A stretch of DNA of 64,000 bases from Candidatus Aenigmatarchaeota archaeon (GTDB taxonomy: Archaea; Aenigmatarchaeota; Aenigmatarchaeia; CG10238-14; SpSt-28), in the NCBI GenBank assembly GCA_038997165.1, contig JAWBAK010000001.1, positions 128,001 through 192,000 on the forward strand, read 5' to 3'. The position numbers were made by a program, and so were the translations under genes. The notes beneath the pieces were generated by a model that saw only the letters and a program-made list of their open reading frames with translations, did no database searches and was not told the DNA's origin. This document shows, piece after piece, positions 39,036 to 47,764 of this stretch (the stretch's first letter is position 1; each line of letters starts with the position of its first letter).

Positions 39036-39317
39036 CTACATTTTTAGTTTTTTTCTTACTGCTTTTCCTGGTTGAACTACTCCCAAAAATCTTGCACATT
39101 TTGGACAAACTCTTAATTTTACAGAACTCAAACTAATTAAGTTTGGATTTACATTTTTTAATATAAGGGAATCTTTTATTGAATATTTTTTATTTATAAT
39201 AAAGGTTTTATATCTAGGATATAATCCACCACATAAATCACAGTGAATATGATATTCATTACCTCTAGCTTTTGTATGCTGATAAGTTCTTTTATATGGT
39301 GCTTTGCTTATTGGCAT
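39036..39317 (-). CDS. rps26e: Ribosomal protein eS26 (S26e)
   Basis: RG...IHCDLCG...PRYK...CPKCARFLGVV Zn-finger spacing. Confidence 0.75.
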   Translation of the reverse strand: MPISKAPYKRTYQHTKARGNEYHIHCDLCGGLYPRYKTFIINKKYSIKDSLILKNVNPNLISLSSVKLRVCPKCARFLGVVQPGKAVRKKLKM

Positions 39318-39343
39318 ACAAAAATATGTATGAAAATATATAT

Positions 39344-39709
39344 TTAAATTCTTCTTTCTTTTCTTAGATTTTCAAAATCATAAAAAAATGAAAGTTTCTC
39401 AAAAAATCCTTTTAAATCTTTATTACTTTCCAAAATATCTCCTAATATCTTAAATAAATCCCATCTACAAATTGGTAATGTTTTTAGCTTTTCAATTCTT
39501 TCAATTTCTTTTTGATCTACTTTCTTATCTTTCAAAAAATTAATAATTCTTTCTAATATTTCTTTATTAGTATCATTTTTTGGTAAAGTTAAAAATAAAG
39601 GTTCTTTACAAATAATGCAATTTATAATAGAAAGAGGCGATTCTTCATTAGATATTTCAGAGTAATCAAAATCCCAAAAATCTTCATAAAAATCAAATTC
39701 AAAGCGCAA
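39344..39709 (-). CDS. Hypothetical protein (TTG start; frame open upstream to 39829)
   Basis: CIIC...ICRWD; no in-frame ATG. Confidence 0.6.
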   Translation of the reverse strand: MRFEFDFYEDFWDFDYSEISNEESPLSIINCIICKEPLFLTLPKNDTNKEILERIINFLKDKKVDQKEIERIEKLKTLPICRWDLFKILGDILESNKDLKGFFEKLSFFYDFENLRKERRI

Positions 39710-39744
39710 AAAGGAATTAGATAAAATTTTATTTAATTCATTTC

Positions 39745-39912
39745 TCAGCCGGGTTTGAGGACAATTTCCCCCCCGGCTTTTATTTTTGAAAGATTTGTAT
39801 TTATACCTTTCATTTTTAATTTTTCTATATTAGAAAAACAAAAAGAATTATAACTGAATTGGTCTTCTATAAAATTTTTTATTGATGAATCTTTTAATTG
39901 CTCCATATCCAT
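39745..39912 (-). CDS. Possible 55-aa upstream ORF ending just past a GC hairpin
   Basis: MDMEQLKDSSIKNFIEDQFSYNSFCFSNIEKLKMKGINTNLSKIKAGGEIVLKPG*. Confidence 0.3.
   Translation of the reverse strand: MDMEQLKDSSIKNFIEDQFSYNSFCFSNIEKLKMKGINTNLSKIKAGGEIVLKPG
39747..39778 (-). other. GC-rich stem-loop (structured RNA element) downstream of a BRE-TATA
   Basis: AGCCGGG-GGGGA-AATTG-TCCTC-AAA-CCCGGCT; GAAAGG-TATAAATA with TATA at 39805-39798. Confidence 0.6.
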
Positions 39913-39966
39913 CTTTTTATACTATTATTATATAAATTTAAAGAATTTAAAGATTTCTATTGTTTT

Positions 39967-40749
39967 ATGAATTATAAAGTTTTACTAAATTTTTTAAAAA
40001 ATAAAGAAATTATTAAGAAAAAAATAAACGAAATAAAAAACGTTTCAAAATTAAACTTAAAAGAAAAATGGAATTACTATTTACCAAAAGCAAAAGAAGA
40101 TAAATGTATTGCAATAGATGGAAGTTATAATTTCTTAAAGTATAGATCTTTAGTTTTTTATGCAATTAATATTGCTAGCGTAATTTATGAAAACTCAAAA
40201 ATTAAAGTTGATGTTTTTCCAATTTTTGATATAGTAGAAGATTTTATTTATTTAGAAGATTTTTTGAAATCTGAAATGTTAAAAAAGGAGATAGAAATTG
40301 CCAAAAATTGTTGTAAAGAGTTTAATATAATTCTCGATGGTTCTTTAATTTATTTTTTAAATTTTATTCCACCAAATGAAAGAAAAAATTATTTAAATTT
40401 TTTTGAAGAAAGCGATAAATTAATATTTTCAATATCAAAAACCCCAATTAAAAAAACTGAAGAAATTGATATAGGATTTTCAAACGAAATATTTAAAGAA
40501 AAAAATTTTGGAATTATTACGTTTTATTTTAAATTAAAAAAATCTTCACTAGTCTATAAAGTTGAAACTTTTGAGAAAAATAAAGATAGAATTGAAGAAA
40601 TAGTTTCATTGATTAAATTTTTTGACTATAAAGGTTATCCATATATCTTAAAAAAAGCACATAAAGAAGCAAAAATATCCAATAAAGATATGGAAAGGTT
40701 TGCAAAAATTTTAGGAATAAAAGAGGAAACGGGAAGAGAAGTATTATGA
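39967..40749 (+). CDS. nurA: DNA double-strand break repair nuclease NurA
   Basis: IAIDGS, LDGSL, SISK, GYPYILKKAH; overlaps herA. Confidence 0.9.
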   Translation: MNYKVLLNFLKNKEIIKKKINEIKNVSKLNLKEKWNYYLPKAKEDKCIAIDGSYNFLKYRSLVFYAINIASVIYENSKIKVDVFPIFDIVEDFIYLEDFLKSEMLKKEIEIAKNCCKEFNIILDGSLIYFLNFIPPNERKNYLNFFEESDKLIFSISKTPIKKTEEIDIGFSNEIFKEKNFGIITFYFKLKKSSLVYKVETFEKNKDRIEEIVSLIKFFDYKGYPYILKKAHKEAKISNKDMERFAKILGIKEETGREVL

Positions 40750-42197
40750 TAATAGGTAGATGTATTGGGGAGGCAAGAATTAATGAAGTAACATTTATAT
40801 CGACTAAAATGCCAGAAGTTGGACAATATGTTATTTTAGAGTATGACAATAAAAAGATTTTAGGAATGATAGAAGATCTAATAAGATTTAATCCAGCAAT
40901 AAATGAAGAATTGCTAAGTGAAGAAGAAATAGAATCTATTAAAAAATTTGAAGAAAGTTATGTAATAAAAGGAAAAATAAAAATTCTAGGAGATATAGAG
41001 AATTTAAAATTACCAAAAATTCCTCCAGAACCAGGCACAGCAATCAAAATTGCTACTAAGGAAATTTTAGAGAAAATTTTTGGAAAAGATGAAAAGTCTA
41101 TAAGTATTGGAAAGCTTTTAACTAATGAAGATGTTGAAGTTTATGTTAATATAAATAAAATGATTTCTAGACATTTAGCAATTCTATCTATAACTGGAGC
41201 AGGGAAGTCTAATACTGTATGTATAATAGTTGAAGAGTTAGCAAAAAAAGGAATTACAAGTTTAATTTTCGATATGCATAGCGAATATGTAGATGCAGAA
41301 TTTTCGAAAAAAAAGATATTACCAACAAAAATTAATCCAATTCATTTACATTATAAAGAAGCTGCAAGAATGATGAATATTGGAGAGGAAGCATATATTC
41401 AAGAAATGTATTTCAGAAAAGCTTGGGAAAGTGTAAAAGAAAAGATAATTAATATGAAAATTAGTTTGAATATAAACGATTTTTTTAACTCTTTAATTAA
41501 AGAATTAGAGATTTTTGCAAAAAGAGAAAGAAGTTCTGAAGAATCTATATATAAAGTAATTTTAAAAGTTGAAGAATTTAAAGAAAAGTTTGGAGAAATT
41601 TTCGATTTAAGTTATGATGATATTATTAATCAAATAGAAAAAGGAAAAGTTAACATATTAAATTTAGGTTCTGTAGATGATGAGGTAGCAGATATCTTTG
41701 TAAGTCATATTTTAAGAAAGATTTTAGAGGAAAGAAAGAAATTTGTGACAAGTGGTAAAGGATTAAGTTTTCCTATATTCGTTATAATAGAAGAAGCTCA
41801 TATATTAATTCCAAAAGAATTTAATACATTTTCAAAATATTGGGCTTCGAGAATTGCTAGAGAAGGTAGAAAATTTGGAGTTGGATTATGCTTAGTAAGT
41901 CAAAGACCAAAAGCTTTAGATGCAAATGTATTAAGTCAAGCAAATAATATGATAATTTTAAAATTAGTTGAACCTAATGATCAAAAATATGTACAAGCAG
42001 CTAGTGAAATGTTAACCGATGAATTATTAGTTCATTTATCTTCATTAAATATTGGAGAAGCTATTGTTATTGGCCCTATGATAAAAATTCCTGCTTTAGT
42101 TAAAATTCATGAATTCCAAAAAAAGAATATAGGAAAAGATATTGACTTTATTGAAGAAAGTGAAAAAGAGGAAAAGAAAGAAATTGATTTAATATAA
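40746..42197 (+). CDS. herA: HerA helicase/translocase
   Basis: HAS barrel, RHLAILSITGAGKSN, FDMHSEY, IEEAH, REGRKFG, SQRP. Confidence 0.95.
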   Translation: MIIGRCIGEARINEVTFISTKMPEVGQYVILEYDNKKILGMIEDLIRFNPAINEELLSEEEIESIKKFEESYVIKGKIKILGDIENLKLPKIPPEPGTAIKIATKEILEKIFGKDEKSISIGKLLTNEDVEVYVNINKMISRHLAILSITGAGKSNTVCIIVEELAKKGITSLIFDMHSEYVDAEFSKKKILPTKINPIHLHYKEAARMMNIGEEAYIQEMYFRKAWESVKEKIINMKISLNINDFFNSLIKELEIFAKRERSSEESIYKVILKVEEFKEKFGEIFDLSYDDIINQIEKGKVNILNLGSVDDEVADIFVSHILRKILEERKKFVTSGKGLSFPIFVIIEEAHILIPKEFNTFSKYWASRIAREGRKFGVGLCLVSQRPKALDANVLSQANNMIILKLVEPNDQKYVQAASEMLTDELLVHLSSLNIGEAIVIGPMIKIPALVKIHEFQKKNIGKDIDFIEESEKEEKKEIDLI

Positions 42198-42218
42198 AAA
42201 TATTATATATGAGTAAAG

Positions 42219-42569
42219 ATGAGAGTGGTAGCAAAGCATGTATTTGGAAGTTTATATGAATGTGATGAAAAAATTCTTAGTAATATTAATAAATTAAGAA
42301 AAATTGTAAAAGAAGCAGTAAAAATTTCTAATTCTAAGTTAATAAGAATTACTTCTTATAAATTTGGTGGTGGTGGAGGAATTAGTATAATAGCTATTGT
42401 TGCAGAATCTCATATATCTATTCATACTTATCCAGAATATAAATATGCTTTAGTTGATGTTTTTACATGTGGAATTCATACAAAACCGGAAGAAGCTTTT
42501 GAATATATTGTAAAAGAATTAAAAGCAAAAAACTATACCAAAAAAATTGAATTAAGAAATTTAGAATAA
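42219..42569 (+). CDS. speD: Pyruvoyl S-adenosylmethionine decarboxylase proenzyme (arginine-decarboxylase paralog not excluded)
   Basis: AESHISIHTYPE, DVFTCG. Confidence 0.88.
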   Translation: MRVVAKHVFGSLYECDEKILSNINKLRKIVKEAVKISNSKLIRITSYKFGGGGGISIIAIVAESHISIHTYPEYKYALVDVFTCGIHTKPEEAFEYIVKELKAKNYTKKIELRNLE

Positions 42570-42902
42570 CTTAAAGTATTTTTTTGTTTTTATTATTTTT
42601 CTTTTTACTTCTTTAAGAATTTTTTCATCTTGTGTAGCAATTATAAAATTGTCTTTGTACTTAATTATTAATTCGTCTACTTTTCCTTTTTCTTTTATTA
42701 CTTTAATTTTATTGCTTCTAATTAATAATTTCACTGCTTTTAAATATCTTTTATTTATATTTCCTATTTCTCCTAAGCTACCCTCTAGAATATATATTTC
42801 GTAATTTCCAAAATTTTGATCTAAAAAATCTTCAAATAATCTAAATTTTTTTTCTTTTATTAAATAAATTAAAAAATTTGTATCTAGTAATATCTTTTCC
42901 AT
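42561..42902 (-). CDS. PIN-domain protein (Fcf1/Utp24-like)
   Basis: LLDTNFL, VDE, IATQD. Confidence 0.8.
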   Translation of the reverse strand: MEKILLDTNFLIYLIKEKKFRLFEDFLDQNFGNYEIYILEGSLGEIGNINKRYLKAVKLLIRSNKIKVIKEKGKVDELIIKYKDNFIIATQDEKILKEVKRKIIKTKKYFKLF

Positions 42903-42916
42903 ATTTAATTTTCTTT

Positions 42917-43837
42917 ATGAAAATTTATCCGATTGCGTTTGATTCTTTAGGAGTAAGAAGTATGTGTACTTTAGTATGTATCAATAATTTAAAAATAATT
43001 ATAGATCCTTATGCTGCACTAGCTCCAATAAGATTTGGATTTGAGCCAAGTAATTTAGAAATAGATATGCTAAATTTTTATTTGAAACAAATTTACAAAA
43101 TAGGAAATTTTTGCAATTATGCAATAGTTACTCATTATCATTATGATCATCATCCTAGACCAAATGATACTAATTTTTTTGAAAGTTTTAGAAATTGTAA
43201 ATTTCTAATAAAAAATTTTGAAAAAGAACATTATAGTGCAAGAAAAAGAGGAAAACTGTTCGAAGAAAATTTGAAAAAATTTAAAATAGAATATGAATTT
43301 GCAGATAGTGAAGAAATAAAAATTGGAAGAAGTAAAATAATTTTTTCTGAACCTGTATGGCATGGAGAAGTTAAATCAAAAGTTGGAAGAGTTATTATGC
43401 TATTACTCAAATATAAAAAAGAAAAATTCTTTTTTGGAAGTGATGCCCAATTTTTAATAGATGAAAATGCATTAAATTTTGTTTTAGATTATAAGCCAAA
43501 ATATCTTATAATAGATGGCTTTCCAACTATATTAGAAGGATATAAAGTAAAAAAAGAAAGTTTTAAAATTGGAGTTAAACATATGGAAAAAATTTTTGAA
43601 GAAATAAATTACAAGTGGATTATAATTGATCACCACTTATTAAGAGATAAGAATTTTGATAAGAAATTTCCATATTTTGATTATAAAAAAATAACTACAG
43701 CTGCCAAATACTATAATTTGGAAAATTTACTTTTAGAAGCTTATAGAAAAGAAATATTTGAAAATAAAATAAGTTTTGATCTAAATAAATATAAATCTTA
43801 TTTTAGTAATTTGATTAAAAATGTGCTAAGTAATTAA
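42917..43837 (+). CDS. MBL-fold metallo-hydrolase (UPF0282-like)
   Basis: AFDSLGVRSM, THYHYDH, PVWHG, IIDHHLLRD. Confidence 0.88.
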   Translation: MKIYPIAFDSLGVRSMCTLVCINNLKIIIDPYAALAPIRFGFEPSNLEIDMLNFYLKQIYKIGNFCNYAIVTHYHYDHHPRPNDTNFFESFRNCKFLIKNFEKEHYSARKRGKLFEENLKKFKIEYEFADSEEIKIGRSKIIFSEPVWHGEVKSKVGRVIMLLLKYKKEKFFFGSDAQFLIDENALNFVLDYKPKYLIIDGFPTILEGYKVKKESFKIGVKHMEKIFEEINYKWIIIDHHLLRDKNFDKKFPYFDYKKITTAAKYYNLENLLLEAYRKEIFENKISFDLNKYKSYFSNLIKNVLSN

Positions 43838-43842
43838 AAATT

Positions 43843-44463
43843 ATGAGTCAATTTGAAATATTTAAAGAAAGGAAAAAATCTGCAATACGAAATCTTTTAG
43901 AAGCCATTAAAAATAATGAAGTAGATAAGCCAATAGAAAAAGAATTGTTAAAAATTAATGAGTACGAAATTGTTTATTCAACTTCTAGTTGCGCAGGAAG
44001 AATTGCGCTATTAGTTGATAAAGGAAATAAAAAAGATTCATTTTTTATAGGTAAATGGCATGAAAAAGTTAATGCTGAAGAAATAATTAAAAATTTAAAA
44101 GAAAATATAAAAAACGATTTGATCTGGTTTAAACAAGAGCCATTTATTATTCATCTTGTTTTTCCAAAAATAAAATTTGCGAGAGATGTATTAAAAATTG
44201 CGAGAGATGTTGGCTTTAAACATAGCGGTATAATAAGTTTAAAAAAAGAAAAGATTGTTCTAGAGGTTACTGGTTTAGATAGAATAGATTTTCCTATTGT
44301 AATTAATTCAGAATTTACAATTTCTTTAGAAAACTTTATTAAAATAGTTGATTTAGCAAATTCTAAAATGATTAGAAATGCTATTTTGAGGCAGAAATTT
44401 TTTAAATATTTTTTCGAATATTTAGAAAAAAATTCAAAAAAAGAAATTACTTTAACTGTCTAA
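43843..44463 (+). CDS. taw3: tRNA wyosine-derivative methyltransferase Taw3/TYW3
   Basis: VD..I, STSSCAGRI, KWH, PFIIHL, GFKHSGI. Confidence 0.9.
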   Translation: MSQFEIFKERKKSAIRNLLEAIKNNEVDKPIEKELLKINEYEIVYSTSSCAGRIALLVDKGNKKDSFFIGKWHEKVNAEEIIKNLKENIKNDLIWFKQEPFIIHLVFPKIKFARDVLKIARDVGFKHSGIISLKKEKIVLEVTGLDRIDFPIVINSEFTISLENFIKIVDLANSKMIRNAILRQKFFKYFFEYLEKNSKKEITLTV

Positions 44464-44475
44464 ATATTTGATAAA

Positions 44476-45042
44476 TTATTCTTCAATTATTTCTGCTTCA
44501 AACTCGTAAATTTCTGTTTCCTCATCTAACCAACAATCTTTTCTTAAACCAGCTTTTAAACACAAATTTTCTAAAAATTCTTTTTTATCTTTAATTATTT
44601 TCCATACTTGTGGTAAAAATAATGCAGATTGAAATCCTTTAACTATCATATAGCCCTTATTTTTATCTAATATGTTTAGTATATCTATTCTGTTTTTAAC
44701 TTTAGTATCTATTCTTTTCATTTCGCCCAAAATACTTACCTCTATTTTTATATCTTTTAATTCTTCCTCTTTTAACTCTTCAAATCTAGGATCTTTACAA
44801 GCTTCTTTTGCTGCTTTAGATATTGCAATTGCTAAAGGATATATAGGATAAGGAAATCCTATACAGCCTCTTAAATTATTGTTTTTATAAATACTAACAA
44901 AAACTCCTTTTAATTCTGAAAATTGCTTAGGTAAACTATTTAAATCTATTTCAATTTCTTTCTTATTTTTTACGAAATTGACTATCGATTTTTTAGCAAT
45001 ATCTAAAACAACTTTTTTAAAATTATTTTCATTTCCTCTCAT
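44476..45042 (-). CDS. AMMECR1-domain protein
   Basis: GVFVSI, LRGCIG, DPRF, EVSIL, FLPQV, LCLKAGL. Confidence 0.92.
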   Translation of the reverse strand: MRGNENNFKKVVLDIAKKSIVNFVKNKKEIEIDLNSLPKQFSELKGVFVSIYKNNNLRGCIGFPYPIYPLAIAISKAAKEACKDPRFEELKEEELKDIKIEVSILGEMKRIDTKVKNRIDILNILDKNKGYMIVKGFQSALFLPQVWKIIKDKKEFLENLCLKAGLRKDCWLDEETEIYEFEAEIIEE

Positions 45043-45097
45043 TTAATTTATCTATTTTAAAGACAGAAATCTATAAATTTATAATTTTATAATTGTT

Positions 45098-45487
45098 ATG
45101 GCTAAATATCACGAAGAAATTAAGGGAAGAACTCCTTCAGGAGCAAAATTTATTCCTCATTATAAAGTTAAAAAGAAATGTCATTTAGGTGGTGATGAAA
45201 TATTAGTAGAATTAAGTGAAAAAGAAAAAAGAATAATAAAAAGAACTAAAGGTGGAAATAAAAAAATTAAGTTAAGATTTGTAACATATGCGAATGTATT
45301 CGACGGAAAAAATTATAAAAAGGTAAAAATTTTAGATGTTGTAGAAAATAAAGCTCACCCTCTTTATGAAAGAAGAAAAATAATTACAAAAGGTGCAATA
45401 ATAAAAACAGAAATTGGATTAGCTAAAGTAACATCAAGACCTTCGCAACATGGAATAGTTAATGCAGTATTAATTCAAAAGAGTTAA
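45098..45487 (+). CDS. rps8e: Ribosomal protein eS8
   Basis: RTKGGN, IITKGAII, VTSRPSQHGIVNAVL. Confidence 0.96.
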   Translation: MAKYHEEIKGRTPSGAKFIPHYKVKKKCHLGGDEILVELSEKEKRIIKRTKGGNKKIKLRFVTYANVFDGKNYKKVKILDVVENKAHPLYERRKIITKGAIIKTEIGLAKVTSRPSQHGIVNAVLIQKS

Positions 45488-46185
45488 ATTTCTAAAATTA
45501 ATTCATCTTCTGATAAAAATTTAGAAAAAAATCTATTAATATTTTCTAAATCTCTTCTAAATAATTTTTCATAAATTATTGAATCTTCTTTTACTCCATG
45601 ACTAAAATCAATTAGGTAGATTTTATCATTACCAACTAAAATATTGTGCTCGCTTAAATCACCATGTACTAAGCCTATTTTCTTTAATCTTTTTAAATTC
45701 TCAATTACTTGATTATAAAAATTTTTTGCAATTTCATGATCTAACTCAATATCTTTTAGTAAAGGATATGGAATTTCGTTCTCTCCCAAAAATTCCATTA
45801 TTAAAATATTTTGATATGAAGCTATAGGTTTTGGACAATTAACTTTCGCTTTTTCATAAGCAAGTTTCAAATTTCTATATTCCCTATTACACCAATAAAA
45901 AACTATATTTCTTTTCCCTCTTTTTATCCTTTCATATCTAGGGTCTAAAGCTAATAAATTTCTTATCATTTTAAAATCAGAATGATATATTCTATATATC
46001 TTTATAGCAACATAATTTTTTTCAAAATCTTTCCCCAAAAAAACAACACTTTCTTTTCCTTCTTTAATAATTTTTACTAATCCAAAAATTATTTTTCTAT
46101 TTCTTAATTCAACTAAAGCTTTTACAGTTAAATCATCTAAAACCTTAGAATATACTTTTAATTCTTCTTTAAATTCTAGGCTCAT
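45484..46185 (-). CDS. rio1: RIO1-family serine kinase/ATPase
   Basis: GKESVVF, AIKIY, EYRNL, VHGDLSEHNIL, IDFS. Confidence 0.93.
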   Translation of the reverse strand: MSLEFKEELKVYSKVLDDLTVKALVELRNRKIIFGLVKIIKEGKESVVFLGKDFEKNYVAIKIYRIYHSDFKMIRNLLALDPRYERIKRGKRNIVFYWCNREYRNLKLAYEKAKVNCPKPIASYQNILIMEFLGENEIPYPLLKDIELDHEIAKNFYNQVIENLKRLKKIGLVHGDLSEHNILVGNDKIYLIDFSHGVKEDSIIYEKLFRRDLENINRFFSKFLSEDELILEI

Positions 46186-46474
46186 TCGGCAAATTTTTTA
46201 TGTATCCGTTTTTTCTTAACCAATTAGCTTCAGATTGTGTATATACATGTATAATATCGCATCTATCATCCATAAAAGGCCATTTTTTTATTAATACAAC
46301 ATCCCCAACTTTAACCCAAAACTTCCTCGAAATTTTTCCAGCAATTCTTGCCATTCTTTCTTTTCCATCTTCACAAATAACTTTAACTTTATCTCCAGCG
46401 TAAAACATTTCAACTAAAGCATACGTTTCTCCATTTTTTTCATCAGCAATTCTAACTTTAGTTTCCTCACTCAT
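46169..46474 (-). CDS. eif1a: Translation initiation factor aIF-1A
   Basis: CEDGKERMARIAGK, WVKVGDVV, WLRKNGY. Confidence 0.93.
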   Translation of the reverse strand: MSEETKVRIADEKNGETYALVEMFYAGDKVKVICEDGKERMARIAGKISRKFWVKVGDVVLIKKWPFMDDRCDIIHVYTQSEANWLRKNGYIKNLPNEPRI

Positions 46475-47136
46475 ATTTTTCTTATTAATATCGTATCCAA
46501 ATATACTTTTTTTCCTTCTTTTATACCAACCAAAGTTTTTGATATTTTATACTCTATAGGAAATTCTTTAGATATAAAATTCAATATTTCATATGCAGTT
46601 GACTTTGAACCAATATATAAATCTATACCCTCTTTTCTTCTCTCTATTTTTGATATAAAACTTAAAAAGTCTGTCTTATTTCTTTTTTCAACTATATTTT
46701 CAATTTTTTTTAGTAATTCTTCATTAACTTCAAATCTAAGTTGAATTATTGCTTGCTTATAACCGCTATTTTTCATAGCACAAAACTTACAAACAAATGG
46801 TTTTTCTCTTACTTCTATTTCTTTTTTTGAAATAATTATATTATTTTTTAAAAAAGTTATCGATATTCTATTTTCAAATATTTCAAAGTTTTTATCTAAA
46901 TTAATTTTTTTAAAAATATCATAATGAAGAGAAAAGTGAGATAAAGCTTCTTCATAAGAATTAAATAAGTATTTTTTAGATAAGGAATATCTATTACAAT
47001 ATTTACATTTATAAATTGAAATAAATTTAGGAAGTTTAACTTTATTTTCAAAATCGTTTCTAAAACAATCTAAACAAAATTTTTCAATAAATATTTTTGT
47101 TTCTTTTCCACACTTTGGACATATAGTTCTTATCAT
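46471..47136 (-). CDS. nmd3: NMD3-family ribosome maturation protein
   Basis: Four CxxC pairs, GYKQAIIQLR, GIDLYIGS. Confidence 0.85.
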   Translation of the reverse strand: MIRTICPKCGKETKIFIEKFCLDCFRNDFENKVKLPKFISIYKCKYCNRYSLSKKYLFNSYEEALSHFSLHYDIFKKINLDKNFEIFENRISITFLKNNIIISKKEIEVREKPFVCKFCAMKNSGYKQAIIQLRFEVNEELLKKIENIVEKRNKTDFLSFISKIERRKEGIDLYIGSKSTAYEILNFISKEFPIEYKISKTLVGIKEGKKVYLDTILIRKI

Positions 47137-47170
47137 TAAAAATAAATAGTTTAATTATAAAAAACAGTTA

Positions 47171-47764
47171 ATGAAATATACTTTAATACTATTAGCTTTG
47201 ATCTTTATTAGCTTTATTTTTCAAATTTTAATTAAAGGATATACACAATTTCTAGCTTTAATTCCAAGCAAGGTTTTAAGGGGGGAATTTTATAGAATTG
47301 TAACTTCTATTTTTTTACATGGTGATGAAATTCATCTTTTTTACAATTCTTTTGCTCTACTTATATTTGGTAGTGTTTTAGAAAAGGTAATAGGAAGTAG
47401 AAGGTATTTACTTGTTTTTTTCTTAAGTGGAATTATTGGAAGTATTGCATACATTCTTACTAGTATTTTATTAAATGAAATTAATATACCGGCTGTTGGA
47501 GCAAGCGGAGCAATTTATGGAATAATTGGAACTTTAGCAATTTTAAGACCAACAACAATAGTTTTAGTCTATTTCGTTCCAATTCCACTTTTGTTTTTTG
47601 CATTCTTCTGGATTATAGTAGAAAGTTTAGCAACTCTCTTTCAATTTTTTGGTGCAAAAACTGGTATAGCATCTCAAGCTCATTTAGCTGGAATACTTTT
47701 TGGAATATTTTATGGTTATAAGCTAAAGGAAAAAGGTAGAATAAGAATAAGATATGAAATATAA
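47171..47764 (+). CDS. Rhomboid intramembrane serine protease
   Basis: TSIFLHG, HLFYN, GASGAIYG, AHLAG. Confidence 0.94.
   Translation: MKYTLILLALIFISFIFQILIKGYTQFLALIPSKVLRGEFYRIVTSIFLHGDEIHLFYNSFALLIFGSVLEKVIGSRRYLLVFFLSGIIGSIAYILTSILLNEINIPAVGASGAIYGIIGTLAILRPTTIVLVYFVPIPLLFFAFFWIIVESLATLFQFFGAKTGIASQAHLAGILFGIFYGYKLKEKGRIRIRYEI

Noticed and set aside
39747..39778. Split-tRNA half or tRNA minihelix
   Set aside because: The acceptor-like stem is present, but there is no TTCRA T-loop, D arm or anticodon arm.
39967..42197. HerA-NurA as an anti-phage system
   Set aside because: The sequences look like the housekeeping archaeal resection pair. Missing adjacent mre11/rad50 fits the general operon fragmentation.
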